A program made the position numbers and the translations under genes. 64,000 nt of DNA. Origin: an uncultured Candidatus Saccharibacteria bacterium. GTDB lineage: Bacteria > Patescibacteriota > Andersenbacteria > UBA10190. This document shows positions 10,330 through 19,675 of the stretch, piece after piece. The number at the start of each line of letters is the position of its first letter. The first letter of the stretch is position 1. The notes beneath the pieces are model-generated. The model did not search any database and was not told the DNA's origin. It saw only the letters and a list, made by a program, of their open reading frames with translations. The stretch spans positions 9,956-73,955 of the forward strand of contig CAZZHI010000001.1 of assembly GCA_964654145.1 (NCBI GenBank), in the 5' to 3' direction.

Positions 10330-12134
10330 AACTGCCATCTTTTTTTCAAAAAACTCCAGCTAAAAAAGAAACAAAAGATCCTGTTATTGAACAGTTCGAT
10401 AAAGGCGTTTCTTCGCTACGAGATATTATTGCCCCTTCTGCATTTAAGGTAAAAACAAAATCACTAGAAATCGATGGGAAATTTGCAACGACTGTTTTTG
10501 TTACCACATACCCTCGATACCTCGACACGAATTGGTTTGCATCGATCGTAAACTTTGACGTGGAGTTTGATGTTGCAATGTTTATTTACCCGCAAGACTC
10601 TGCAACAATTTTGAAAGAATTACGAAAAAGAATAACCCAGGTTTCTACCTCTATTTCTATGCAAGCTGAACAAGGAAAAGTTCGTGACCCTCAACTAGAG
10701 ACTGCATACCAGGATATTGAAGAGCTTCGTGATCGCCTCGTGCAGGGAACTGAACGCTTCTACCAATACGGGCTATACATAACCATGTATGCGAATAACG
10801 AAGAAGAGCTTGATGAAATATTGTCTCAAGTAGAGGTTTTACTAGAAGGAAGGCTCATTTACGCAAAACCAGCCCTATTCCAAATGGAACAAGGATTCAC
10901 CTCTACGCTACCGCTAGGGCACGATGGCCTTGTAGTAAACGTAAACATGAACACCTCGCCGCTTTCAACAAGCTTTCCGTTTGTAAGTTCCGATCTTACG
11001 AGCAACTCTGGTGTTCTATACGGAATCAACCTCCATAACAGCAGCTTGGTTCTATTCGACCGCTTCAGCCTAGAAAATGCCAACATGGTTATCTTTGCAA
11101 AATCCGGTGCCGGAAAAAGTTATACTGTAAAATTAGAAATTCTCAGAAGCCTCATGTTCGGTACAGAAATTATTGTCATCGACCCAGAACAAGAATACCG
11201 ATACTTGGCGGAAGCAGTCGGTGGAGCGTACCTCCAAATCGCCATCTCTTCTGACCATCGTATCAATCCATTCGACTTACCAGAACTAGGGGAGGATGAA
11301 AATCCCGAAGCCGTACTCCGAGAAAATATCACGAGGCTTATTGGGCTTATATCACTGATGGTTGAGGGGCTTTCCGCAGAAGAGCAATCAATCGTAGACG
11401 GAGCGCTTTGGGAAACCTACGCATTAAAAGATATTACGCGCGGTGCAAGGTGGACAAAACCAGAAGTTCCAACGCTTCAAGATTTCTACAACATTACAAA
11501 AGACATGGAAGGTGGGAAGAATGTAGCAACAAGATTGCAGCGATTCGTAGAGGGTACCTTTGCCGGAGTATTTAATAGGGCTACAAACATCGACCTCGAT
11601 CAACAGCTCATTGTATTTAATATTCGAGACATGGAAGAAGAGCTTCGCCCAATTGCCATGTACGTAGTTCTTGGCTTTATATGGAACAGAATTAGAAGCC
11701 AGCTCAAGCGAAGAATTCTCGTGGTAGACGAAGCCTGGATCATGATGCGAAACGAAGAGTCTGCGAAATTCTTGTTCTCCATGGCAAAACGAGCTCGAAA
11801 ATACTACCTGGGCGTAACTACGATCACACAAGATATTTCCGACTTTTTGGGCTCAAAATATGGCAAACCAATTGTTACAAACTCCTCAATCCAACTTCTC
11901 CTGCGCCAGTCTCCTGCGGCAATCGATGCTCTATCTGAATTGTTTTATCTCACAGACCACGAAAAGTTTCGCTTACTTGAGAGCGATGTGGGCGAGGGAA
12001 TATTTTTCGCAGGCCTTAAGCATGTTGCCATTAAGGTTGTCGCCAGCTATGCGGAAGACCAGGTAATTACATCCGACCCTCAGCAAATCCTTGCAATCGA
12101 AGCGGCCAAGAAAGAGCTTGGCGGCCAAGCGTAA
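10326..12134 (+). CDS. VirB4-family type IV secretion/conjugation ATPase (ATPase part)
   Basis: It has a Walker A (FAKSGAGKSYTV), a Walker B (RRILVVDEAWIMM) and TcpF/PrgJ-like N-terminal segments (IIAPSAFKV...TTYPRYLDTNWFASIV). Walker A lies at residue 257, which is too N-terminal for a complete VirB4 unless ORF 9628-10329 is part of the same protein. Confidence 0.75.
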   Translation: MKLPSFFQKTPAKKETKDPVIEQFDKGVSSLRDIIAPSAFKVKTKSLEIDGKFATTVFVTTYPRYLDTNWFASIVNFDVEFDVAMFIYPQDSATILKELRKRITQVSTSISMQAEQGKVRDPQLETAYQDIEELRDRLVQGTERFYQYGLYITMYANNEEELDEILSQVEVLLEGRLIYAKPALFQMEQGFTSTLPLGHDGLVVNVNMNTSPLSTSFPFVSSDLTSNSGVLYGINLHNSSLVLFDRFSLENANMVIFAKSGAGKSYTVKLEILRSLMFGTEIIVIDPEQEYRYLAEAVGGAYLQIAISSDHRINPFDLPELGEDENPEAVLRENITRLIGLISLMVEGLSAEEQSIVDGALWETYALKDITRGARWTKPEVPTLQDFYNITKDMEGGKNVATRLQRFVEGTFAGVFNRATNIDLDQQLIVFNIRDMEEELRPIAMYVVLGFIWNRIRSQLKRRILVVDEAWIMMRNEESAKFLFSMAKRARKYYLGVTTITQDISDFLGSKYGKPIVTNSSIQLLLRQSPAAIDALSELFYLTDHEKFRLLESDVGEGIFFAGLKHVAIKVVASYAEDQVITSDPQQILAIEAAKKELGGQA

Positions 12135-12143
12135 CCAATCTAT

Positions 12144-12623
12144 ATGGCAGCTTCTATTTCACAAACCGAGCAAATGCGATCAACCGCACTAAATACAGCA
12201 CGATATAGAAAACAGAATATTCAACAAGAAGTTCGAAAAGGCTTATTTCAATCAACCGCACCACAAGAAGAGCCCGAGACTGTCCCGGAACAATCTCAAT
12301 ATAAACAACGACTTGCGATGCTAAAAGCCGGATCAATAAAGCGCGCAAATACTGAGCTTGGAAGTAAGGCTGGAGCAACTGCTGGGAGCGCTATTGGATC
12401 AATCATACCCGTATTAGGTACAGGTATTGGATTTTTTCTAGGCCGATTTATAGGAAGAAAATTAGGAATCACTGGAATCATAATTATTTCTCTCATACTA
12501 TTAGCATTCTGTATGACGATATTTTTTATAATTTTCATAGGAGCACTTAAGGGGTATTGCGATACGTATGTCGGTACTGCTGTAGACTATATAACAATGC
12601 AAATATGTCCAAGCTTTCAATAA
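12144..12623 (+). CDS. Small membrane protein (hypothetical)
   Basis: It has a hydrophilic N-terminal half and a Gly-rich double TM segment (AGATAGSAIGSIIPVLGTGIGFFLG...ITGIIIISLILLAFCMTIFFIIFIG). Confidence 0.4.
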   Translation: MAASISQTEQMRSTALNTARYRKQNIQQEVRKGLFQSTAPQEEPETVPEQSQYKQRLAMLKAGSIKRANTELGSKAGATAGSAIGSIIPVLGTGIGFFLGRFIGRKLGITGIIIISLILLAFCMTIFFIIFIGALKGYCDTYVGTAVDYITMQICPSFQ

Positions 12624-13207
12624 TTTTTACATTTATACTTCTAATATTTTTCTGCGCTACCAGCCCCCTTGCTTTAAGGGCCCAAGAATCTGGCAGCACA
12701 GCCCAAACGAGCGGGTTTGGAAAATTTGAAGTAGGCCTGCCAGGGATTCCCAGCGACACAACAATCGATAGCTTTGCCAGCGATCCTGAACCCATCCTTA
12801 AATTTATTAACCTAGCCACAAATGCCGTAATTGCAATTTTAGTTATTATTGGCCTTATTAGTATCACTGTTGGCGGATACTTATATATGACAGCAGCTGG
12901 AAATGGGAAGCAAATTGAAACCGCAAAAGAAATAATAATTGCAGCATTGGCTGGAATATTTCTAGCCCTTATATCAGTTGTCATACTTAATACAATCAAC
13001 AACTACTTAGGGAAAGACGCGAAAGAACCTACGCTCGGGCCTGTGGAGGGCTCAGCGCTTGATAGCCCTTCGGGAGCAATGCAGAATTTTAATAGTGACG
13101 GTAATTCCTTCGAAAACTTTGAAGACTTCGATAGTTCTGGTGGATCTTTTGAAGACCTAGATAATCCCGACTCATTCGGAAGCCCAGATAACCTTCCTAC
13201 GCTCTAG
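12605..13207 (+). CDS. Secreted 2-TM hairpin protein with an acidic tail, VirB2/TrbC-like pilin candidate
   Basis: The track ORF starts at 12557, but the internal Met at 12605 gives a typical signal peptide (MSKLSIIFTFILLIFFCATSPLALRA|QE). This is followed by two hydrophobic helices separated by AAGNGKQIETAKE and a D/E/F-rich tail. Confidence 0.4.
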   Translation: MSKLSIIFTFILLIFFCATSPLALRAQESGSTAQTSGFGKFEVGLPGIPSDTTIDSFASDPEPILKFINLATNAVIAILVIIGLISITVGGYLYMTAAGNGKQIETAKEIIIAALAGIFLALISVVILNTINNYLGKDAKEPTLGPVEGSALDSPSGAMQNFNSDGNSFENFEDFDSSGGSFEDLDNPDSFGSPDNLPTL

Positions 13208-14420
13208 GAATACGATGAAGGGTGGGAAGTAAGCTGAGTGTAAAGAATGCCCACCATAGGGCAGAGAGATCATTTTTCCAGTAGATTGTATCAACAAGTC
13301 CAAATAACAGCATACACACCACGGCTAGAATGCTTGCTTGCTGATATATGTCTGCGTGTTTTATTGCCTGGCTCCACGCCCCTATAACAAAAGAATTTAA
13401 TGCAACAAAACTTACAAGCCCCAAAAGCCCCATATTAAGGTAAAAGGAAAGTATCCAGTTGTGCGGATCTCGAAATACGAATTCGTGTTGCAATACATAT
13501 AATCCGTTCCATAGACCAGCCCGCTGCTTACTAAAAAGCCCATGAAGCTCTGCTTGATACGCCTGTTCAAATTGCCCCAAGCCAACCCCTAGAAGAGGGT
13601 TTTTTTGGATAAGCCGTATTCCAATGTCCCATAACTGCAATCGAACCGTTACAGAATTTCCAAAAGATCTATCCGATAAAGGAAGAAGAATATAGTGCAA
13701 ACGCCCTGAAGCAAAAAACACTGCGCCTGCACACAAAACCGTAAGAAGTAGCCCCAATATCAATTTTTTTGCACTCACGGAGGGTACTGTGCGCCAAGAA
13801 AAGATGAGGCCACCTATAAGGCATCCAATTATTGCGGCCATAGCACCGAAAGACTGGGTTGCAATAATAGCAGTTAAAAGAAAAATTGCGCCTATTCCAT
13901 AAAAACGATCCCGCCCGCGTATCCAAAGCCATATAGATAAAACCGCTATTGGAGCAAGAAACAGCGCAAGAGAATTCGGAACATCGTACAACGCGGCAAT
14001 GCGTTCAAAGTTACGGATCTGAGATAGTCCGATCAGTGCAACAACCAAACCAGAACATACAAAAGAATAGAGTATTTCTTTACGCCCACGTTTAATCCCC
14101 ACAAGATACAGTAAAAAACTAAACATAATAGGAGTCACAATCCAACTTTTCAAAATACCCAAACTAGAGCGTAAAACAGGAGAATAAAAAGTTGCCAAAA
14201 GCGCAGCGACAACAAATAAAATGACCCACACTCTATACACAAAGGAAATGCCAAGCATGGCGCCCAAGAGATATTTTCGAAACCTTGGATTGCTAAGAGC
14301 AATAAGCAGAACGCTCCAAACCATAACCTCAAAAAGATTTGTAGGAATTCCAGCGATTGAAAACCTTACGACGTATAAAGGAAGCAGCCCCGCCAGAATT
14401 GTAATAAGCGTATATATCAT
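13197..14420 (-). CDS. Polytopic membrane protein, O-antigen ligase/polymerase (Wzy/WaaL-like) family candidate
   Basis: The protein is 407 aa with at least 10 TM helices and a large loop. It is the first minus-strand gene of a glycosyltransferase/flippase cluster. Confidence 0.4.
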   Translation of the reverse strand: MIYTLITILAGLLPLYVVRFSIAGIPTNLFEVMVWSVLLIALSNPRFRKYLLGAMLGISFVYRVWVILFVVAALLATFYSPVLRSSLGILKSWIVTPIMFSFLLYLVGIKRGRKEILYSFVCSGLVVALIGLSQIRNFERIAALYDVPNSLALFLAPIAVLSIWLWIRGRDRFYGIGAIFLLTAIIATQSFGAMAAIIGCLIGGLIFSWRTVPSVSAKKLILGLLLTVLCAGAVFFASGRLHYILLPLSDRSFGNSVTVRLQLWDIGIRLIQKNPLLGVGLGQFEQAYQAELHGLFSKQRAGLWNGLYVLQHEFVFRDPHNWILSFYLNMGLLGLVSFVALNSFVIGAWSQAIKHADIYQQASILAVVCMLLFGLVDTIYWKNDLSALWWAFFTLSLLPTLHRIPRA

Positions 14421-15724
14421 AGAGTAAGCGCTGCGAAGATAATGTACGGAATAAGGACGTGAGGATATAAGATGCTATTTACGAATTGAGCATGCACAAG
14501 CAGGGCAATAGTTGCCCAAACAAAGAAGAGAGAGTTGTAACTCCGCATAAAAAGCCAGCGCCGTATATGGAATACCACCCCCAAGAGCATGGGGGTAAAA
14601 AATAGAAGAGCTCCAACCATCCCGGTAGTCACCAGAATAGTAAAAATACTGTTGTCAGACCCTGCGCGCGAGTGTACAGAGAAACTAGATACGAGATTTT
14701 CATTTGCTGCAGCAAATTGATACGCATTATACCCGACACCGAACAACATATTTGGACTAACCAAAAATCTCCAGACAGATCGGTAAGACTCCGCCCTGAG
14801 TGCTATTGTTGGGTCATGAAAAAAAACTTGATATGCCCGTTCTCGAAGGAGGGTAATACTTCCGGAAAAAATAATAACTAACAACACACCTCCGGGCACA
14901 ATTGCTTTCTTCCAGTTTCCAGAAATCTTAGATGAAAATACCCAAATAATTCCGCAACATAAACCCGCAACCAAAAGAGCAAGATAAGAACTTCTAGACT
15001 CCGTTAAACCGATGGCTACAACCGCAAAAAACAACCAAAAAATTCGAGTGATTGCAGAAACTTTATGCGGCATCCAATACAAAAATATAGGGAGAAATAC
15101 TACAAAGAATATCCCCAAAAAATTAGGGTCGAGCCACGTTGAAACCATCCTATCAATATGCGGATCCCAACCGTTGTCCACAAATCCAGCAAGGCTGGGG
15201 AGAAAGAATAGCTGCACAAATCCAGCAACGAGCAATGCTCCATAGAGATACACGAACCCCTTTTTCATGCTAGAAAAAATACTGGGCAGAGAGGTTGCAA
15301 TAAGGGCTGCCGGGAGCAATGAAAGCACCACGGCAAGCCTGATCCAATACAGAAAAGAAATACGAATATCTACCATCTGGTATACCCCCACGTGAGCCAC
15401 AAGTACTGCTAACCCCCAAAGCAAAAACGGAGAGATAGCAATAGACGCTAAAAAAATCTTCTTAGTATAGAAAGGCAATTCTCCCCTTAATAGAGATACG
15501 AATAAGGATAATAAAAAGACAAGAACCGCAATATCACTCACCAAAAGACCACCCCCTTGCCCCTGCAGCGGGATGCGGATAAGTTGTCCTAAAAATAACG
15601 ATAGATAAACTCCGGTGATCGAAGCTTTCAGGGAAAATATCATCCCAAAGACACATGCCGCAACTAAGAGACCCGTGGTCGTAGCAATCGGTAAATACTC
15701 CGCAAGAATCTCTGAAGCTTCCAT
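14417..15724 (-). CDS. Polytopic membrane protein, O-antigen ligase/polymerase-like (paralog of the previous gene)
   Basis: The protein is 435 aa with multiple TM helices. The track start at 15724 overlaps the upstream GT2 gene by 61 nt. An internal Met (MIFSLKAS, about 15643) is an alternative start. Confidence 0.4.
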   Translation of the reverse strand: MEASEILAEYLPIATTTGLLVAACVFGMIFSLKASITGVYLSLFLGQLIRIPLQGQGGGLLVSDIAVLVFLLSLFVSLLRGELPFYTKKIFLASIAISPFLLWGLAVLVAHVGVYQMVDIRISFLYWIRLAVVLSLLPAALIATSLPSIFSSMKKGFVYLYGALLVAGFVQLFFLPSLAGFVDNGWDPHIDRMVSTWLDPNFLGIFFVVFLPIFLYWMPHKVSAITRIFWLFFAVVAIGLTESRSSYLALLVAGLCCGIIWVFSSKISGNWKKAIVPGGVLLVIIFSGSITLLRERAYQVFFHDPTIALRAESYRSVWRFLVSPNMLFGVGYNAYQFAAANENLVSSFSVHSRAGSDNSIFTILVTTGMVGALLFFTPMLLGVVFHIRRWLFMRSYNSLFFVWATIALLVHAQFVNSILYPHVLIPYIIFAALTL

Positions 15725-16434
15725 ATATAAATAGGGTAGTGCTTTTTATAGTACCTGTCAGCCGAGTCGTCGTATATCAGAGTCTTTTTCTTTTTATTTA
15801 ATTTACTACCCCCTCGCCGGTGGACTACTAATGCCCGAGGATCAAGCATAACAACACGTCCTTCTGCGCGAGCCCGATGACACAAATCGATGTCCTCCCA
15901 ATACAAGAAAAAGCCTTCATCAAACCCTCCCAATTTTTCAAAAAATTCCCTTGATATAAGAAGTGCTCCGCCAGAGACCCAACCAACAGAGACGGGCATA
16001 CGTGGCATTACGTTTCGATATGCATGCCTTGTTAGTAGATTGAATATTCCAGGCTCTTCGCCATAGGAATTTTTTTCAGGAACCATATAAGAATCGGAGA
16101 GCAACATTCCCACAATACCAACACGGGGAATAGCTTGCATCGTATGTGCAGCATACTCTATTGCACCACCAATAAGCTTTGCGTCTGGGTTCAAGAAAAG
16201 AACATATTCCGTGTTCAATAATCGCGCTGCCTTATTTGCAGCGTATCCGAACCCCAGATTCTCCCGCAGATCTTCGCAGGCACGCCCCAAGCGAGTAATC
16301 TCCGCAACCGTTCCGTCATTAGATGCACTATCCACAATCGCGATATCGGAAATACCCGCAGATAGAACACTCTCAATACAGGCGGCTATATCTTGCTCGT
16401 TATTATGCGTAACAATAGCAACTCCTATATTCAT
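15664..16434 (-). CDS. Family 2 glycosyltransferase (GT-A fold)
   Basis: It has VAIVTHNNEQDIAACIESV, DSASNDGT and DAK (DxD-like) motifs. The track ORF extends to 16563, but Met MNIGVAIV at 16434 avoids a 133-nt overlap with the upstream gene. Confidence 0.7.
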   Translation of the reverse strand: MNIGVAIVTHNNEQDIAACIESVLSAGISDIAIVDSASNDGTVAEITRLGRACEDLRENLGFGYAANKAARLLNTEYVLFLNPDAKLIGGAIEYAAHTMQAIPRVGIVGMLLSDSYMVPEKNSYGEEPGIFNLLTRHAYRNVMPRMPVSVGWVSGGALLISREFFEKLGGFDEGFFLYWEDIDLCHRARAEGRVVMLDPRALVVHRRGGSKLNKKKKTLIYDDSADRYYKKHYPIYIWKLQRFLRSIYRLLRPRVS

Positions 16435-17294
16435 AGAGCCATTTGTCCTAATTTTTTCATGCGAGCATCGCGCAAGGCCTGCACAATACCAGAGTGCCCA
16501 TTCCCCATAATTATATGATAGAAAATCCGTAGAGTGTTTTTCGCATACCAAAACATCCTCCAAGTAAACGGTGTTAGCCTTTCTAGCACATAGGCCCCGT
16601 TTCGTACCAAGTAATACAGCTTATCGGGCAAAAGCACCCCGATTGAATCATTATGAAGTACGGAGATATTAGGAATAATAGCGAGCACCCCTCCTATTGC
16701 TCGAACCCGCATACTTATAGCAACATCCTCCCAATACATGAAAAAATCTTCATAGAAGGGGATCTGCTGAGCGAATCCATACTCCAAAACCATACAACAA
16801 CCGTGAATATAAGGAATTACAAAGGGACTTCTTTCTTCTAAGCGCCCTACAACATCCGCCCTCCCAGAAAGAAGCGAAACGGCACCCCAAGAAGCTCCCG
16901 CCAGTACGGCATGCCCCCCTGACTCATCCCACCAAATCGCAATATCCCTTAAGGCGCTAGGGGACAGGATAAGGTCATTATTGAGAAGAACGCAGACATC
17001 AGCATCTTTTGCGCCTATAACCCCGGCATACTGTATTCCGGCCCGCAATCCCGACGCGTACCCGTTATTTCTAAAAGGGCGAACAACCTCAACTGGCACA
17101 AGGGGAGTGAAGGAGGCTGAAGAATGATCAACCACAATAATTTTTTCCGGATCACATCCAGCCGTAAGGGCCGCCTCTATTGCCACATCAGTCTTTTCCC
17201 TTGATCCAAAATGGACAAAAATAACGAATATATCCCTTTTCTGTGGAGAGCTTGTGGATAAATCTGTGGATAATGTCGTATTTTTTGTGAACAT
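16431..17294 (-). CDS. Family 2 glycosyltransferase
   Basis: It has IFVIFVHFGS, NNGYASG and NND motifs. Codons 7-17 coincide with a cluster of DnaA-box motifs (see findings). Confidence 0.65.
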   Translation of the reverse strand: MFTKNTTLSTDLSTSSPQKRDIFVIFVHFGSREKTDVAIEAALTAGCDPEKIIVVDHSSASFTPLVPVEVVRPFRNNGYASGLRAGIQYAGVIGAKDADVCVLLNNDLILSPSALRDIAIWWDESGGHAVLAGASWGAVSLLSGRADVVGRLEERSPFVIPYIHGCCMVLEYGFAQQIPFYEDFFMYWEDVAISMRVRAIGGVLAIIPNISVLHNDSIGVLLPDKLYYLVRNGAYVLERLTPFTWRMFWYAKNTLRIFYHIIMGNGHSGIVQALRDARMKKLGQMAL

Positions 17295-17333
17295 GATGCG
17301 TATTCTGTACTATTATAGCTTAATAGAGCATTT

Positions 17334-18242
17334 TTATTTCTTTTCGCTTTTCAACAGTTTGTTCGCATGGTGTACGCCATACCAAAATTCTCCCGCGTTT
17401 ATAATTGCAAAAATACGCGGAATATTAAGGATATCACCCCACTTCTCCATAAAGTACCGAGCAAGGCCCCTAATACCCAAGGCCCCGTATAGGGCGTGGC
17501 GCAGCCTACGAATCGAATTGGTGTTCACGCGATACTTTGCAGACCCAACTATCCGCTGCCTATGCAGAATATCTTTTGCAACGTAAAAATGTCGGTGCAG
17601 GGCAAGGGAGTTATGAAGTATATGCAGTATGAGCCCAAGGGAATCTAATCGCTTACCAAACTCTAGATCTTCCCATCCGTATTGAGAAAACTCTTCTGAA
17701 AATCTTTCACCTCCCAAAAAACTCCTTTTTACCGAAACAAATGATCCGTAGAAAAAATCTCTCCCTAGGCATGTCGTGCGGCCCAGCAATGCATCATAAT
17801 CATTTTGCTGTCCTCCATGAGTCATCCACTCCATAAGTGGCGTAGGAGCTATCCTGGGGTCCCAGACGATACATCCGAGAGCCGCTGCCTCTACTTCCGG
17901 ATGAATTGTATGGAAAGCCATATGCTCTTTCAAAGCGCCCTGACGAAGAATCATATCATCCGCTAAAAACAATATGATATCGGCTGTTGCATTAGTAATA
18001 CCAATATTACGAGCTTGCGCCCTACCTCCGCGAGAAGTCCGAATAATAAGAGGGGATTCCCACAAGCCTATCCAATCGTGCCCTCGAATAAGGCTTGCTA
18101 CATCTTCCGTTGAACCATCATCGACAAGAATTACCCGCGCACTCCATTGGCGTGGCATGTCCTGATCAAGGAGCGCAGGAAGGGCTACGCGCAACTTTTC
18201 GCATCCATTGTAAGTTGGGATAATAATATCGCACTTATTCAT
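17334..18242 (-). CDS. Family 2 glycosyltransferase
   Basis: It has CDIIIPTYNGCEKL...VILVDDGSTED...FLADDMI motifs. Confidence 0.75.
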   Translation of the reverse strand: MNKCDIIIPTYNGCEKLRVALPALLDQDMPRQWSARVILVDDGSTEDVASLIRGHDWIGLWESPLIIRTSRGGRAQARNIGITNATADIILFLADDMILRQGALKEHMAFHTIHPEVEAAALGCIVWDPRIAPTPLMEWMTHGGQQNDYDALLGRTTCLGRDFFYGSFVSVKRSFLGGERFSEEFSQYGWEDLEFGKRLDSLGLILHILHNSLALHRHFYVAKDILHRQRIVGSAKYRVNTNSIRRLRHALYGALGIRGLARYFMEKWGDILNIPRIFAIINAGEFWYGVHHANKLLKSEKK

Positions 18243-19675
18243 ATACTAGACACGCTACGTAGTATTCCGATTGTTCGCTTATCCCATAAGCCAAAAACAT
18301 ACCCCATTCCTCCATATAATACCGCCACAAAACAAACTCTTGCAGCTATATGAACCCCCGAGGGCAATATGTGCCCAACGTACGAAGCCACAAACGCTGC
18401 AGCTAAACCAAGACCTATCTGGAACACTGGCATACTCCAGCGAAGACGCATGTACACAATTCGAGCAGCAACCACCATAGCAACAAGCTCTGTCGCAACA
18501 GTTACCCAAGCGGCGGCTATTGCGCCATACAATGGAATAAATATCGCGTTGCAGACTAGATTGCCAATCAACAACGCAAGATATAACCAGACAAGTTTTC
18601 GCTGTTCAGAAAGCGCAATAAGCGCGAAACCAAAAATATTACCCACAAACATAATTGCGAGCGCTATAGATAAAATCTGGAGCAATGGAGCAGATTCTAA
18701 AAAATTGTGGCCAGCTATAAAGAAAATAAGCTGCTTAGGGAAAATAACAAGAACCGCGACAATAATACTTCCTCCATAGACAGAAAGCGTAAGCCCCTGG
18801 GAAACAAGTTCTTTCGCCTTATAAAAGTTTTGCGAAGTAATAGCAGCGCTTATATGGGGCAACAGGAGACCTCCTAGCATCGCGGGGAAAAAGAGGCCAT
18901 TTTCAATAATTTTATATGCTAGAGAATACCAGCCTACCTCCTGCTCCGATCTTAAAATAGACAAAATAATAATATCTATTCGAAAATAGAGAGCGTTTAA
19001 CACAAGCATAACTGCGAGAGGCCATGAAGACTTCATAATAGTTCGCCACGCCTCCACCGACACCCTAGGAATAAGACTTCTACGATGAGGGGCAAGAGCA
19101 TAATGAACGCCAAAGGCAATAAAGAGCCCCACCGCGAAAGACCCTGCGACTCCGACAAGATCGCCCACACCCTTACTTTGTGTATTAATAATTAAATATT
19201 GGAGAATTGCGACCTGAAAAACCCTCCCAACAAGATCTCCGACGGTCGCCTTCCAAACACACCCATAAGCCTGAAACACACCCATAAGGAGCTGACTTAA
19301 AGATTGCATAATAAGACCGAACGAGATTAAGAGAAAAATAACAGCAGAGCCCCGGAGTGACGGAATACCCAAAAACCCAAGCAAGCCAATTACGAACACT
19401 CCAAGAAGTAATGCAATCCTTAAAGAAGCGATGTGTTGAATAATAGAATTTTGCGTACCGCGCGATGATCCGATCTCTCTACTTGCCGTAAGATACAACC
19501 CGAAGTCAGCAATGAGCTGAAAAAATGTTCCGATAGTAAGAATAAAAGAGTATATTCCGAATTCTTGGACCGAAATAATGCGAACCGTAAGCGCAGTTGC
19601 TACCAAACCCAATAGAGTTACCGCAATACGACTCCATGCGGCAATTAATACATTAGAAAAAATTGAATGCCCCAT
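18239..19675 (-). CDS. MOP-superfamily polysaccharide/oligosaccharide flippase (Wzx-like; MurJ not excluded)
   Basis: The protein is 478 aa with about 12-14 TM helices. It lies next to the GT genes. Confidence 0.55.
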   Translation of the reverse strand: MGHSIFSNVLIAAWSRIAVTLLGLVATALTVRIISVQEFGIYSFILTIGTFFQLIADFGLYLTASREIGSSRGTQNSIIQHIASLRIALLLGVFVIGLLGFLGIPSLRGSAVIFLLISFGLIMQSLSQLLMGVFQAYGCVWKATVGDLVGRVFQVAILQYLIINTQSKGVGDLVGVAGSFAVGLFIAFGVHYALAPHRRSLIPRVSVEAWRTIMKSSWPLAVMLVLNALYFRIDIIILSILRSEQEVGWYSLAYKIIENGLFFPAMLGGLLLPHISAAITSQNFYKAKELVSQGLTLSVYGGSIIVAVLVIFPKQLIFFIAGHNFLESAPLLQILSIALAIMFVGNIFGFALIALSEQRKLVWLYLALLIGNLVCNAIFIPLYGAIAAAWVTVATELVAMVVAARIVYMRLRWSMPVFQIGLGLAAAFVASYVGHILPSGVHIAARVCFVAVLYGGMGYVFGLWDKRTIGILRSVSSI

